Shown here one piece after another: positions 11,520-22,446 of a stretch of 51,688 nt of DNA (position 1 is the stretch's first letter; each line of letters starts with the position of its first letter). The stretch is taken from contig JAAPAO010000217.1 in the NCBI GenBank assembly GCA_013115145.1, forward strand, positions 1-51,688. The letters are read 5' to 3'. The translations under genes were made by a program, and so were the position numbers. The notes under the pieces were generated by a model, which did not search any database, was not told the origin of the DNA, and was given only the letters and a program-made list of their open reading frames with translations. The stretch is from Perkinsus chesapeaki ATCC PRA-425 (Eukaryota > Protista > Perkinsozoa).

Positions 11520-12331
11520 CTTGAACATGTCCCGGTGCTTTTCCCGAAGTCGGTCCTGTCCACTTTTGAGCTCGACAATCATCTCGAAAAGCTACTGCTT
11601 CAGAGACATCTACTTTGCTTTTCGAAAGCCTAATAATGACAAGCTATTCAAGGGAACCCTTGAACACATCAGTAAAACTAAAAACCTCCTGTGGGTGAAT
11701 CACTGTATGAAATGGCCTGATAATTATGAAAACCCTCGGGGGCTTTCGATAATATTCAGCGGCGTAATATCGCGAAGCAAGTCTTGTCGAAGTCCTAAAA
11801 ACTAGGTATCCATCACTGATGGACCATCAGTCCCACTGATAGAGCTATAGAATGACAAGTGTACGATATTTGGGTTGGTAATTGTGGTGGTTAAAGATAA
11901 CATTTGAAATACTTCTGCTCTATCCTCATTTACTCAACTGGTCTTGAAGCTATTTTCCACACTGAGCCTTGGATGATATTCATGAACATTCGAGAAGGCA
12001 CCAAACCAACTGTAGGATTCCAACCGATGCCACTGACGTTAGTTCCGATGAATTTCGGTTATACTTTTCCCTAGCCCTTCCCCAACAGCTATATTACACC
12101 ATTTGAAAGCAGTATGTTTATCACTCCCGTGCCCCAGAGTCACTACCTATCCCTGAGCTCCTTAACCACATTATTATGCCTTTCAACGGCCTTTTCTAGG
12201 TCTAGTTTGAAAGGGCTGTAGAGCTTGGTATCACCGTATTGCCATTTTTCGGTTTTTCCATCAAAAGTAACATCACATAACGTCCCATCGTATCCAGTTC
12301 TAAACTGCCATGTCTCTAAAGGGGAAGGCAT
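11520..12331 (-). CDS. Hypothetical multi-exon protein (end approximate)
   Basis: First exon MPSPLETWQFRTGYDGTLCDVTFDGKTEKWQYG...VKELRDR ends at a GTAG donor; later exons are tentative. Confidence 0.4.
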
Positions 12332-12684
12332 TCAACCGATGAAGAAATGAACTCAAAAGATTCCAAATAGGTTGACTCGTGGTCTTACAAGGTATCTTTC
12401 AATTCAATCTATGGTTGAATCTACACGAGTAAAGCCCCCCCACTTCAATAATATAAAGAGGATAACTTGACTAAATGATATTGATAGAATAAGAGACTTA
12501 CAATAGAAAAGAAATGGAGTTTATGATCAGTTCCCATAAGTGAGATGGTAAGTAAGGATATGACACCTTTAAAGGTTCAAGATATCCCTGTTGCACGCAT
12601 GCACAAAGTAATATAATGGCGAGCGATATTGTAAATGGTTTTTTGCCCAAACTGTAATTTCCGAGAAGATTCCAAATGGGTTGA

Positions 12685-13510
12685 TTGAAATACCTAAGCG
12701 AGGATACTGTAATCCCTTTATTGAAATTTTGTAGAATGTTAATTAATATTTTATTTATTTTACCGACCGTTACCGTCGCTTCAAATTTTCCTGACACCTC
12801 TAGCTCCATTAGAAAGCTTCGAGAAGCCGTCTCCGAGGTCGCCATCCAACTTGACGTTATCGTCGGAGCACTTGACGAAATTCTCGGGGAGAAGCCGAAA
12901 ACCGTTCCGAGTTCACTCGAAGGGATTCTTACCGAAAAAGAGGGCGTTGTGGTGGACCCGGCATGGCTTAAGAAAGCCATTGAGATAATGTACAATAGTA
13001 AAGATGCCACAGTACCGCACTCTGAAGAATTTGGATACTTCTCGAAGCTAGAAGATATGCGCGGCAGGTTACTAGCGATAAGTGTGGATAGGGTTTTGGT
13101 TTGGGAATGGTCTATGTGGTTTATATTACTATTTATTGATACCTCCTTAACAACAGTTTTAATGATCTATGCAAAAGGAGGAAGGATTGATGTTAATGAT
13201 AGAGTCGCCATGTATGATTGGATATTAAATCAGGTGAGATTAGGGATGTTTAATATTAATAGGAAATAAAGGACTAGGCTACTCTACTAGGGATGTTTAA
13301 TATTACAGAATCGTCCATTCCTTTTTCAGTTATTACTTGGTATTATCATTACAATAATACTTCGAGCTTTATCATTTCTCTTTGCTGGTGATGATAACCT
13401 TCTTGGACATATAATGGATGCAGCTTTGGTGACCTTGAGAGTCTTAGGTGTTATTACCATCCTTATCAATCAAACGGATGGCATTAGCAATGACAAGGTA
13501 ATATATTAAC
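12685..13510 (+). CDS. Hypothetical membrane protein
   Basis: 194-aa ORF with a coiled segment and hydrophobic stretches, followed by a further hydrophobic exon-like segment (LVIITIILRALSFLF...). Confidence 0.4.
13241..13305. repeat. 18-nt direct repeat TAGGGATGTTTAATATTA (13241-13258 and 13288-13305)
   Basis: Directly visible. Confidence 0.85.
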
Positions 13511-13777
13511 AACCTCAATAATATTGTGGAGTGTGCGGTTAATCGGCAAAAGTGTAGTTGACCTAAGTTATAAGTGAATCTCTATCTATAAACTTTACAC
13601 TATATAAAAGCTAACATGGGAAAATATCTAACTTTTTCGTAGTCTTCTATTCGACCACAGTCCTACGGCTATATTCTGTCCAAATGAACGGGTAGTAGTA
13701 CGATAAACCGTTTTACGCCTACTACCAATTTCCTTTATTACCAATTTGCTTTATATTCTCACATCGCTGGTTCTGAC

Positions 13778-14540
13778 AATGTTTCGTCTACTGATAACTC
13801 GTGCCGAATCAAGTGTCACTTTTTGCACTGAACGACGAGAGTTGGTGACATTGAATTTGCCGGCAGATATAGGTTACTATAGTAGAGTGGTACTAAACCT
13901 TCTCAACAGGAGTCGGTTTTTTTCGGTCTACTAGTAACACATTTTCTAGTCTATCTAGCACAATGGTGATGCATTCAGCCGATATGTGTATTTCCATGAG
14001 GGCTATTGCCTGTGTCGTGGGAAGAGCGCTGAGTCTGGAAGCATCAAATCGAAGCAAAGGAAAATTTAGTTTCATTAGTTTTTCCTCAGATAAGATCGTC
14101 TTCGTCGACCTCAAGGAGCAGGTCAGTTACTCCACAGCGGAAAGTGTCTCATTACGCTGGAATAAGAACGCCTGATTTCAGTAATATGCGAAATGTCGTC
14201 ACTGGGGTTCGAACTTGGGTGTCTTTCGCCATGGCTATGGCTGGCTGATTCCCCATGACCCCTTGCCTGTGTTATTAGAGTGTCTCTTGTAATGTACTTC
14301 AAGCATTGGGACGTCATTCTTGGCGCGGTTTACAATTTGCACTAAGGTTGGCGGGTTGAAATGTGGTAGTTCACCGACAGACCTTGCAGCTCGAGCGTTA
14401 TACATGAAAATTGTGTCATAGTCAACTCCATTGGGAGTAATATGATTCTCGCACGATTTGGCGGAAATGTGGTAGTATTTATCCCCTCAGGATCACCCAG
14501 TTTAGAAGGATGTAGGCCTAGAGTCATCAAGGGGGATTAA
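13778..14540 (+). CDS. Hypothetical multi-exon protein (tentative)
   Basis: Exon-like segments between GT/AG sites, e.g. NMRNVVTGVRTW|SVSCNVLQALGRHSWRGLQFALR. Confidence 0.3.
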
Positions 14541-15041
14541 CCTTATTATCTTTTACCAGTGTACCATGCTTACCACACAGGATGTTAAATAATGATGTAG
14601 AGTTGAGTGAAGTTCGATATTCATGCTGCTGGGCTAAAATAAGTTATCCCTCGTCATTGTCTTATTCGCTTACTTTCATTCTTCTAATGCTTCAAGTCTC
14701 CAAATGCAAACTCAAAAAAACCAAGTGCACTTCGTAGATAGTAAGATTGCCAATATCTCTTTGCAGATGGACGTAGTGACTCATCCGCATTTGATAACCT
14801 TTTTGATAGCATGTAGAAGGATGAGTTGTCGAGGCTACTTGCTGTTGAGGAATTCGCGCAGAAACTGATATTATCGTTGGACGTCCTTTCAACAGAACGA
14901 TTATCCTCCTGGGGTTTTTTACATAACATCTCGAATAATCAACCCTAAACCTGGCTGAGTCGACATACGGTGTCATTAAAGACTTGTTGAAGGGTGAACT
15001 TATATCATCGGGTGGGTATATAGTTTTATTATTATATTGTA

Positions 15042-17866
15042 ATGAGCTCTACTAGTCTTCCTGGTGGAAAGACGTCAAAGGTGCGGATGAGCACAAGTAA
15101 GGGAAAAATGGAGGATCTTACTGTTCTCACTTATAATGTGGATACTATGATAAAGGATATGCCACAGCGAACTAAGATACTTGTCGAGGTAAATTGGAAT
15201 CTGCATGCTTCAACCTAAGATTCCTCTCTCAGGTTCTACAGAATCGTGATTATGATGTTGTTTGTCTTCAAGAAGTGTTTAGCAGTGCTGTTAAAGAGGC
15301 CCTTCATAACGGCTTGGAAGATCAATATTATGTAATTACCATTTTTCCATCAGAATTTTCCGCTAGTTTTATCACACAGTAGGTTAGATTACGACCTAAT
15401 TTTCAATGTGTTTTGTGCCTGTTTTCTCGTTTTTTCCATTTCTGCTTTGGATTTCAATGAGTTGTGATACCTTCTGAGAATCGAGGCCGCTGAGCTTACT
15501 CGGGTACCAGAAATGTTGTCGTGAGAAAATCAAATGTAAATATGCCATTTTCGAAATTTCGCCAATATTCAAATTCTTCGGCAGCGTGGTAGTACTTCTG
15601 AATTCTGCCTTATTCTTATTCAGGTATTGTCAGCGGATCACTCAGCTCCATTTTACCCATTTCAATCCTTTCTGCCATCGATGCTTCTCACGATAGTCGC
15701 CAATGCTTTTCCACCGTAATAAGAATAGTGCCCTCCCTGGGAATCGAACCTGCGCCCTCCAAGCCCGTATTGAATTTTCTCCTTTTTTATGATCATTTCC
15801 TATTCGGTAAGTTCTCCACAGTAGAGCCTATCTTGCTCAGATTCATGCGTGCGTTGGCATTCGTTGCAGCCATACTACTTTGTCCGCCAGTTATGAGAGT
15901 GGTTTCGACTTATGTAAGCTAAATTGGCGTCGATGGGATTCGAACCTGCGCGCATCTCCTGCTCTCAGGTTTTCCACTGCCTACAGTACGCTAAATTTCA
16001 TAGCGAGGGTCGTTCGCAGCCGTTTGATTATATGGGATTGACTATACTACTCAATAAGAAAAGGTTCACAAACGCCAAGGTGAGTGTTTTTACATGAATT
16101 ATTTATTCCGACTTTGTGACTTCTTCGCGCACTTTAGGTTGATTGTGCGGAACCGTTCCAAGTTCAAGGCTATACTGCTCCAATAACAGCACTAGGATGG
16201 ATCTGGTTGTGGGTAAGTTATCGTTTGGATCACGAAGTTGTCGGCGGTAGGGATTGAAAGTGTTGCCGCCGTCTCCTATAGAGTTCAAGTATAATGTGAT
16301 TGCAGCTCCAGACTGTAATTTCTAGTTCGCCGCAATTTCTGAGAGAATCAAATCTTCCGTAACGGTTTGAGCTCACGTTAATTTTCAGACATTAGAAATG
16401 ATGCCGTATGGTTTCAGGTCGAATGGACTTTCCTACGCCCAGGATATCTCATCGTATCTGGTGAACTCGGTGGTGCAGCTGGTCAAACATTGACGATTGT
16501 TGATGTTCATTTTATATTGGGAAGAGAACGTGATTGTGTGAACCCGAACAGGAAGGCCCAGGCTGACGAGATTCTTTGGGCTGTTGATCAGTAGGTCGCG
16601 GGTTCGATCCTCGGCGAGTGTATATTTCAAGTCTCACTCATGCGGTAAATTTCAGAGAATTACAATAATCAATGCGAGAGTTCGAAATTCCTATTACAGT
16701 CCCATTGATGTAGGAAAGTCGACCATCAGAGAGATTACGGCACGAAAGCCGCCTACTAGTTTGTTCACGACTGTACGGTGTAACTTTTGAACTTATATTC
16801 AAAACATCAATATCAACTCGAAATATCATATTTTAACCTCGCATTTGTGAAGAGGTAAATTGTAATAATACTTTTTGCACAGTTTATTAGCCACAGTTCG
16901 TGCGAGGTTGGTCTAACAAGAGTCCTTTTCAGAGCCATGGGTGAAATACACAATTCTTATTGCTCAGTTATTCGCCGAAGAACTCTCAAGTGATTCTGTG
17001 CGGCGATTTCAACTGCTCAACATTCAGTCTAGAAGAGGACAAGATGGATCACGTTGAACTTATGGTGCGAAGTGCGCGTGCGTGCAGATTTATTGTGCCA
17101 TTCTGTCCCATTTTTGGTAGATGTTCCATCGTAATGGATATCAAGATTCCCTAAAGGTCTTCAACCCCGAAGCGGGCCGCCTCCCCGATGACCAGATGCG
17201 TAAAGTAATCGCCAAAGCAATCGAAAACAGGCATCATCAATCCACCGAGAAGAGCGTTGAGGAATCACAAGATAACAAGATTTCTAAGCCTTGTGAAGGA
17301 AACAAGGAGAACAAAGACAATGCAGTTTCTGAAGACGAACCCAAGATACAGGAGATTACAGAAGAAGACGAAACGACAACGTTAATGCCAAAAGAGTGCG
17401 GTAGCGTTGAGGAAATGCAAGAGAGCAAGTTGGAGGAGGCAGAAGTGGACGAATCTTTGGAGCGTCTGAAGTTACCAATTACTTGGGATGGGGTATGTTG
17501 GAGGCTTTTCAGGGGAAATTTGGTATAAATAACTTTTCAGGTTAATAACCCGTCAACAAGACTTAGCGATCCTGGCGCCGAGCTAAGGTGTGATTATGTG
17601 TATTTGAAGGATGCCCCAGAACCGGAGCCTAGAACTATCAAATTCGAGGAAAAGGAGGTTGGTTTTATCAGTGTTTTTCATACCGTATTTCTCTCTGATC
17701 AGATGCGTATAGTATTTGATGGTCTGACAAGTCCTGCTGAAGATGTTGGCCCATTGCCTATTGTTTCTGATCATTATGGAGTTCAGGTGAGCGGCAGCAG
17801 TAGCAGCAGCTGCGTTTGTTGAAACTGGATATTTTTCAGGTTACTTTCAGGCTTACTAGAGTTTAA
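15042..17866 (+). CDS. Endonuclease/exonuclease/phosphatase (EEP) superfamily hydrolase, sphingomyelinase-like, with internal hydrophobic segments
   Basis: Spliced motifs LTVLTYNV, YDVVCLQEVF, LTIVDVHF, RKAQADEIL, VILCGDFN, DYVYL and SDHYGV; stop TAA at 17864-17866. Confidence 0.88.
15465..15488 (-). pseudogene. Weak tRNA-3'-end-like relic in EEP intron 15332-15623
   Basis: Reverse complement GGCCTCGATTCTCAGAAGGTATCA resembles the relic at 15729 but is degenerate. Confidence 0.3.
15729..15755 (-). pseudogene. tRNA 3'-end relic (positions about 47-73) in EEP intron 15716-15840
   Basis: Reverse complement GCGCAGG-TTCGATT-CCCAG-GGAGGGC-A has a B box and exact 7+5+7+1 spacing; the T stem only partly pairs. 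Confidence 0.6.
15925..15952 (-). pseudogene. tRNA 3'-end relic (Ser/Leu-like) in the 55-nt EEP intron 15914-15968
   Basis: Reverse complement CGCGCAGG-TTCGAAT-CCCAT-CGACGCC-A has a canonical B box and spacing; the intron is too short to hold a whole tRNA. Confidence 0.7.
16239..16258 (-). pseudogene. tRNA 3'-end relic (positions 54-73) in the EEP intron starting at 16213
   Basis: Reverse complement TTCAATC-CCTAC-CGCCGAC-A; also forms one arm of a hairpin with 16263-16271. Confidence 0.5.
16594..16620 (+). pseudogene. tRNA-Lys-like 3'-half relic at the start of EEP intron 16591-16967
   Basis: GGTCGCGGGTTCGATCCTCGGCGAGTG versus tRNA-Lys GGTCGCGGGTTCGAGCCCCGCCCGGAGTG: the first 14 nt are identical and both end in GAGTG. 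Confidence 0.65.
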
Positions 17867-18399
17867 TTGTAAAGTCGCATTATCTTATTAGCTATTGTAT
17901 AGTTCAACAGCGCATTGAAAAGCGTTGTTTAAAAACACATTGAGTCAATGCACAAGTTTTGAGTTCTTCAGAGTAACCACGAACCGAAGCGCAGCGAGAT
18001 AGTCAATGCCTCTTGAAAAGGCGGAAAGATATACAACACTTGCCCCGCCGTGCCACGTCGAAGAACATATTTCCTACTTCGGGGATGGAGTAGACTCGTG
18101 GTACCAGTTTAAGCATTGAAATAGCTAAAGGAAAATACGATACCGTTGAGTTGATGAAATACACCAGAACGGTATAATTGTTTTACGTAAAGTGTGTACA
18201 TAAGTGTACAGTACAGGCCAGGAGTTACAAGCTGATACATGAACATAATGGGCGTGATCCAATAACTCGAATGGGAAACATGTACCGTAACTATCAAGAA
18301 AAATAAATAGCATATGCCGAACACACTCAAAAGCTTATGATACCTGAAAAATAGTAATGTGCATTGTATGCTAGATTCATCCACTTAGACTTTCAAGGA

Positions 18400-19775
18400 A
18401 AATGATTTTTCGATTATAATCATTCTTCAGCGACTGAACAACACAATTAAGCGGCACGAACACGTAGAAAACATAATTAATTATCATGGAATCAACTTGC
18501 AGAGGCATCAGTCTCGCCATCACTGATATCATCGCCGCGATTCTTGAGAAATACGCGAAGGCTATTCGAAATGGTCTGTGAAGCACTTCTAGACTGGGCG
18601 GATGATTCCCCCTGAGAAGTATCCTGAAAGGAAGCAACCGGCTGGAATCGAGACGATATCACACCACACCTGTTCTTGCGTGGAAGTCGGCGATGAACCT
18701 TTCGGCTCAACTTCAACTTCTGGTGTCGAACTCCTAACAATGTATGTTCGAGAAACTGATGGATGGCCTTACTCCTGGTGAGCAATGCGCGACCAAAGGC
18801 TTTGGCAAATCGCAGCAGCACCGATTCCCGAGGAGACGATTGTGACGCCAATACCACAGGCCCACTGCCCAAGTGACTTGAAATGACTACTAGTGAGAGC
18901 AGCAGCTACCTGTGCGGCTTTCCTGAGTGACTCATTTACAATTGCGAAAGTTCCATCGCCGAGAAGATGAACATGCTCCTCCGAATATACGGACGGTTGG
19001 GTCGATGAAGTGAAGAATGCCGTGGCTAATAGAAAGACGGAATGCTTTAGTTTCACTGGCATTATGGAGGCACGTATACAGGGTAAAATGATCGCAGTAT
19101 GCTTCCGGTGAACTAAGTGATACTTTCAAATTGCGACTCGTCCGTTGCTGGTTTTCAAGATTTCTTATGAAGCTGTACATGGTGAAAGTGTTCAGTGAAC
19201 ACATATGTTTTGAACTCACCGTGAAGTCCTCTCCTCAAAGCGAAGGAGGATGCCTTATTAACAGCTGCATTATGCTCACCATACAGGTCTGGGACCGAAT
19301 CTATTCAAGGTTACAATTCGGTGCATGGATTGATGACACTATTCGCTGCTGTACATTTATGGATAGCTCCTTTTGGATCATAATCATCGTGATTAATGTT
19401 ATCCATTGGTGACTCGCCGTACATAATTCTCTCTCTTAGGGCTTTCAGTGCACAGTCAGCTACATCTAGTTCCTCACAAGGATGAGGATTCAGATGATCG
19501 CTTAAGCCCGGTATATGATGCGCCAAAAACATGAAGTTAAAAGATTCTTCCCGCTCAGTTTCCACACATACACTTGGAAACACACTCGAAGACCGCGGGA
19601 ATAACACCTCAACAACAAGGAGTATGGTCATCGTACCGTGGGAGTTCCCACAGTGGGAGACACGAGATTTGTGGGGAAAGTAGACAGAATCTGGCAAGTG
19701 CCTTTGGTAGGCAGCCTCAGTGGTCAACATATCCCACCGCTCGCCCGTACATAAAAATAGATTACATGGGCGCAA
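18400..19775 (-). CDS. Hypothetical multi-exon protein (boundaries approximate)
   Basis: Successive minus-strand ORF segments (19311-19775, 18769-19062, 18492-18872) separated by GT-AG intervals. Confidence 0.4.
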
Positions 19776-19895
19776 CGAAATAACAGCGCGAAGTTTGGAA
19801 GTTCATTTTGGTTGTACTTGTTCCGGATCGCTGCACCGTCCTCCACACACTTGCTTATTGGTTATTGCTCAGGGTTCCTTTTTAATCCGCTTAAA

Positions 19896-21107
19896 ATGTC
19901 CTCTAATATCGTCAAAAGTGTCGCATCGGCTCTATCATTATCAGCTACTATAGTTGTTGGTTGGAACCAAGATTCTCACACAGCTGGTGCACGGTTAACC
20001 CAATCCTTCATGAATCAAGATGATGTTGACTTACTCCTGGCTAAGCATGGTGACCTCGCAGCTTTCATTGCTTGGCCTGATGCTAACCATAGACCTACTG
20101 AGATTATTGGTCAACCCGACAGATATGGTTGGAGTATGCCCAGTCATTTCGTTAATTTCCCACCTGGGGAATCCTATGATTCCAAGACTTCATTGGCGAC
20201 GAAAGACGCTAATGGCCGTATGGCTCCCAATGCAATCAATTCTATGGTTCACTTTCGAGAGAAGGCTCTCTACTATAAGGATTTTGACAAGATTGACTAC
20301 ATAAGCGATAATATGAAGACATTGGATAAGGCTTTGTATGAGACTTCGCCCCTACTCCCTAACATGGCCGATCCTTTAATGCTTAGACGTCCAGTTGCCG
20401 ATCGATTCAGAAGGGAGTCAGTATTCTCTGTCGCTCATTACTTTCAAGATATCCATAATCCATTCCATTGCGCAGATGCTGCCGATATGGGTGGTTTCAG
20501 ACACACCAAGAAATGTGCATTCTGTAATAATGGCAAACAGTCAAACATTCATACTATTTGGGATGCTGATATGTTTGACTATGACCTGAGGAAGGAATTC
20601 GGTGATGAATACATTGATCAAATGGATGGTTTTGAATTTGGTCGTCAAAAGTTCCAGGACAAGTTCTACTCTATTCTCCAGAATAAGTATAATGCCTTGG
20701 AGAAGGAGGATTCAAAGAAGGTTGAGCAATGGAAACAGGAGTGTAGCGGTGACTTTTTGGAGTGTATCGAACTTGTTGGAAAAGAGACGAGAGAGTTTTA
20801 TCTTCAGAACCAAGGCAGTCTCTATGACGGCGAGAAAGATAGTACTGTAGACGAAACATATCTTGACAAGTACAAAGAAGTCGCTTATGAGCAAGTGATC
20901 AAATCGAGTGTTCGTTTGGCCAGTCTTTTGACAAGGATGGCTGAAGAACTGAGAGGAACCAAGGGAGAGATGCCCAAGAGTGCGCCCATGGACGCAAGTG
21001 AAGCGTCTTCATCCCAGCTGAGGTCACGGTCTAGATCAAGCTCTGGATCAAGATCTGGTTCAAAGTCAAGGTCTAGATCTAGATCAAAGTCTCCTGTTAA
21101 GAAGTAG
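19896..21107 (+). CDS. S1/P1 nuclease family protein, intronless, with N-terminal signal peptide and C-terminal RS-rich tail
   Basis: Signal-like MSSNIVKSVASALSLSATIVVG, then WNQDSH (W1/H6), WPD, SHFVN, HYFQDIHNPFH and NIHTIWD, giving the full set of tri-zinc ligands. Ends RSRSRSSSGSRSGSKSRSRSRSKSPVKK*. Confidence 0.92.
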   Translation: MSSNIVKSVASALSLSATIVVGWNQDSHTAGARLTQSFMNQDDVDLLLAKHGDLAAFIAWPDANHRPTEIIGQPDRYGWSMPSHFVNFPPGESYDSKTSLATKDANGRMAPNAINSMVHFREKALYYKDFDKIDYISDNMKTLDKALYETSPLLPNMADPLMLRRPVADRFRRESVFSVAHYFQDIHNPFHCADAADMGGFRHTKKCAFCNNGKQSNIHTIWDADMFDYDLRKEFGDEYIDQMDGFEFGRQKFQDKFYSILQNKYNALEKEDSKKVEQWKQECSGDFLECIELVGKETREFYLQNQGSLYDGEKDSTVDETYLDKYKEVAYEQVIKSSVRLASLLTRMAEELRGTKGEMPKSAPMDASEASSSQLRSRSRSSSGSRSGSKSRSRSRSKSPVKK

Positions 21108-22446
21108 TATGATAGTAGACGATGGATGAAGTATTCATTTATATCTTTATCAATACAAAACATCATGAAGATATATCTATTAATGCTGACAAGATAATAA
21201 AACGCTGTTGCACACCATTTGACGATGTTTATCAATGCCATACGCTAAGCTGTCTTATCATTCAAACGTTATTCAAAAATGGTAATAATAATATTCTTAT
21301 TAAAGGGTATTACTGTACTCTTTATGATGCTCATGTTATTATGTATATGTATCTTTGTTATATGTTTTATATTTATCAATATAACAATCTTATGATTTGA
21401 GTTATTGCAGTGGACACATTAACAACTAGAAAGTTAAGAGAATGTGTTGTTATTCTGCAGCAGGAGTGTCTGTTAGTGGGCAGCAGCTATACATCAGTCA
21501 TCTCCGGTGTTAACAAACGATACGTATTGGGTGTTTTGACGATATATAGTTTCATAGCTACTCGATTGTCGACTGGGTATACAATGAGCGAGCACCATCT
21601 CGAACTCCTAGAACTCATTTCAGCGAGTCGATTGCGGAACTAGCATACAACTTGAGATGTCAAAGCTGGATCGAACCAACAAGCCTGACGCCCTGACAAT
21701 GGCGTCCTAGAACTGCCTTAATCACTGTCGCTGCAGTGTAATCGCCCTCGGCATAAATAGAATAGTTCACTCATTCACTCGCTCCCAACAATGCACTTCG
21801 TCTCTGATGCATCGCAACCAAAGCAGGATCAAACCAGCGATTGACAGACAGTACGCGAAATCTGATGCCGCGCTTCGACTTGACTGTCCATCTCGAGGCT
21901 CGAACGAAATGAGGAAACCCTAGCACGTAGCTTTCTAATGCACGAACCGCCGATCGAGGGAGTCTTCGCAGGGCACAGCCCATGGCGCTGTCAGCGCGGT
22001 ATTTGTTATGAATCATAACATCTATTCGCGATTACGGCGATACCGCAACTGTCAATAGTGGCACTATCGGAGTGCACTGTTATAGTGCACAAAGAAATTA
22101 TAATTACTGAGATAATGCCACCTTTACATTATGAGTCTAGCTATGACATGTACCATTTTACCATTCATGAAACGAAAAATGGATACGATATGTTCATTGA
22201 AGTGCACTTCGACGGCTGACCACAGTGTGGGACACGTTAACATAGCAATACAGTGTAATGCCAAGTTCAATAGGATGACGATCAGTGATTCAATTGATCG
22301 GGTATGATAAAACCAAACAGCGGTGCATTGATCAAACTAGATTAAAATTCTTACCATCACATACCTACACTCTGTCAAAATATCGCTTCTATCAGCAGCA
22401 TCAACACATTTCAGCGGGCTGCTGACGAGACTGGCATTGGAAGAGT

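Noticed and set aside
12498-13010. Long antisense ORFs such as 12498-13010, 44036-44608 and 36110-36481
   Set aside because: They overlap better-supported or equally plausible exons on the opposite strand and show no motifs; regarded as shadow ORFs.
14194-14220. Antisense tRNA-3'-like string TGTCGTCACTGGGGTTCGAAC
   Set aside because: It falls in a probable exon (NVVTGVRTW) and the T stem does not pair; treated as coincidence.
16455-16620. Apparent split or intron-containing tRNA-Asn (A-box-like GTGGTGCAGCTGGTC plus CTGTTGA plus B box)
   Set aside because: The 5' part and the apparent anticodon are coding (ELGGAAGQTLTIVDVHF...EILWAVDH, including an EEP motif). Only the intronic 3' fragment was kept.
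21661-21690. GGATCGAACC B-box-like match
   Set aside because: No acceptor-stem geometry, and it reads as plausible minus-strand coding sequence.
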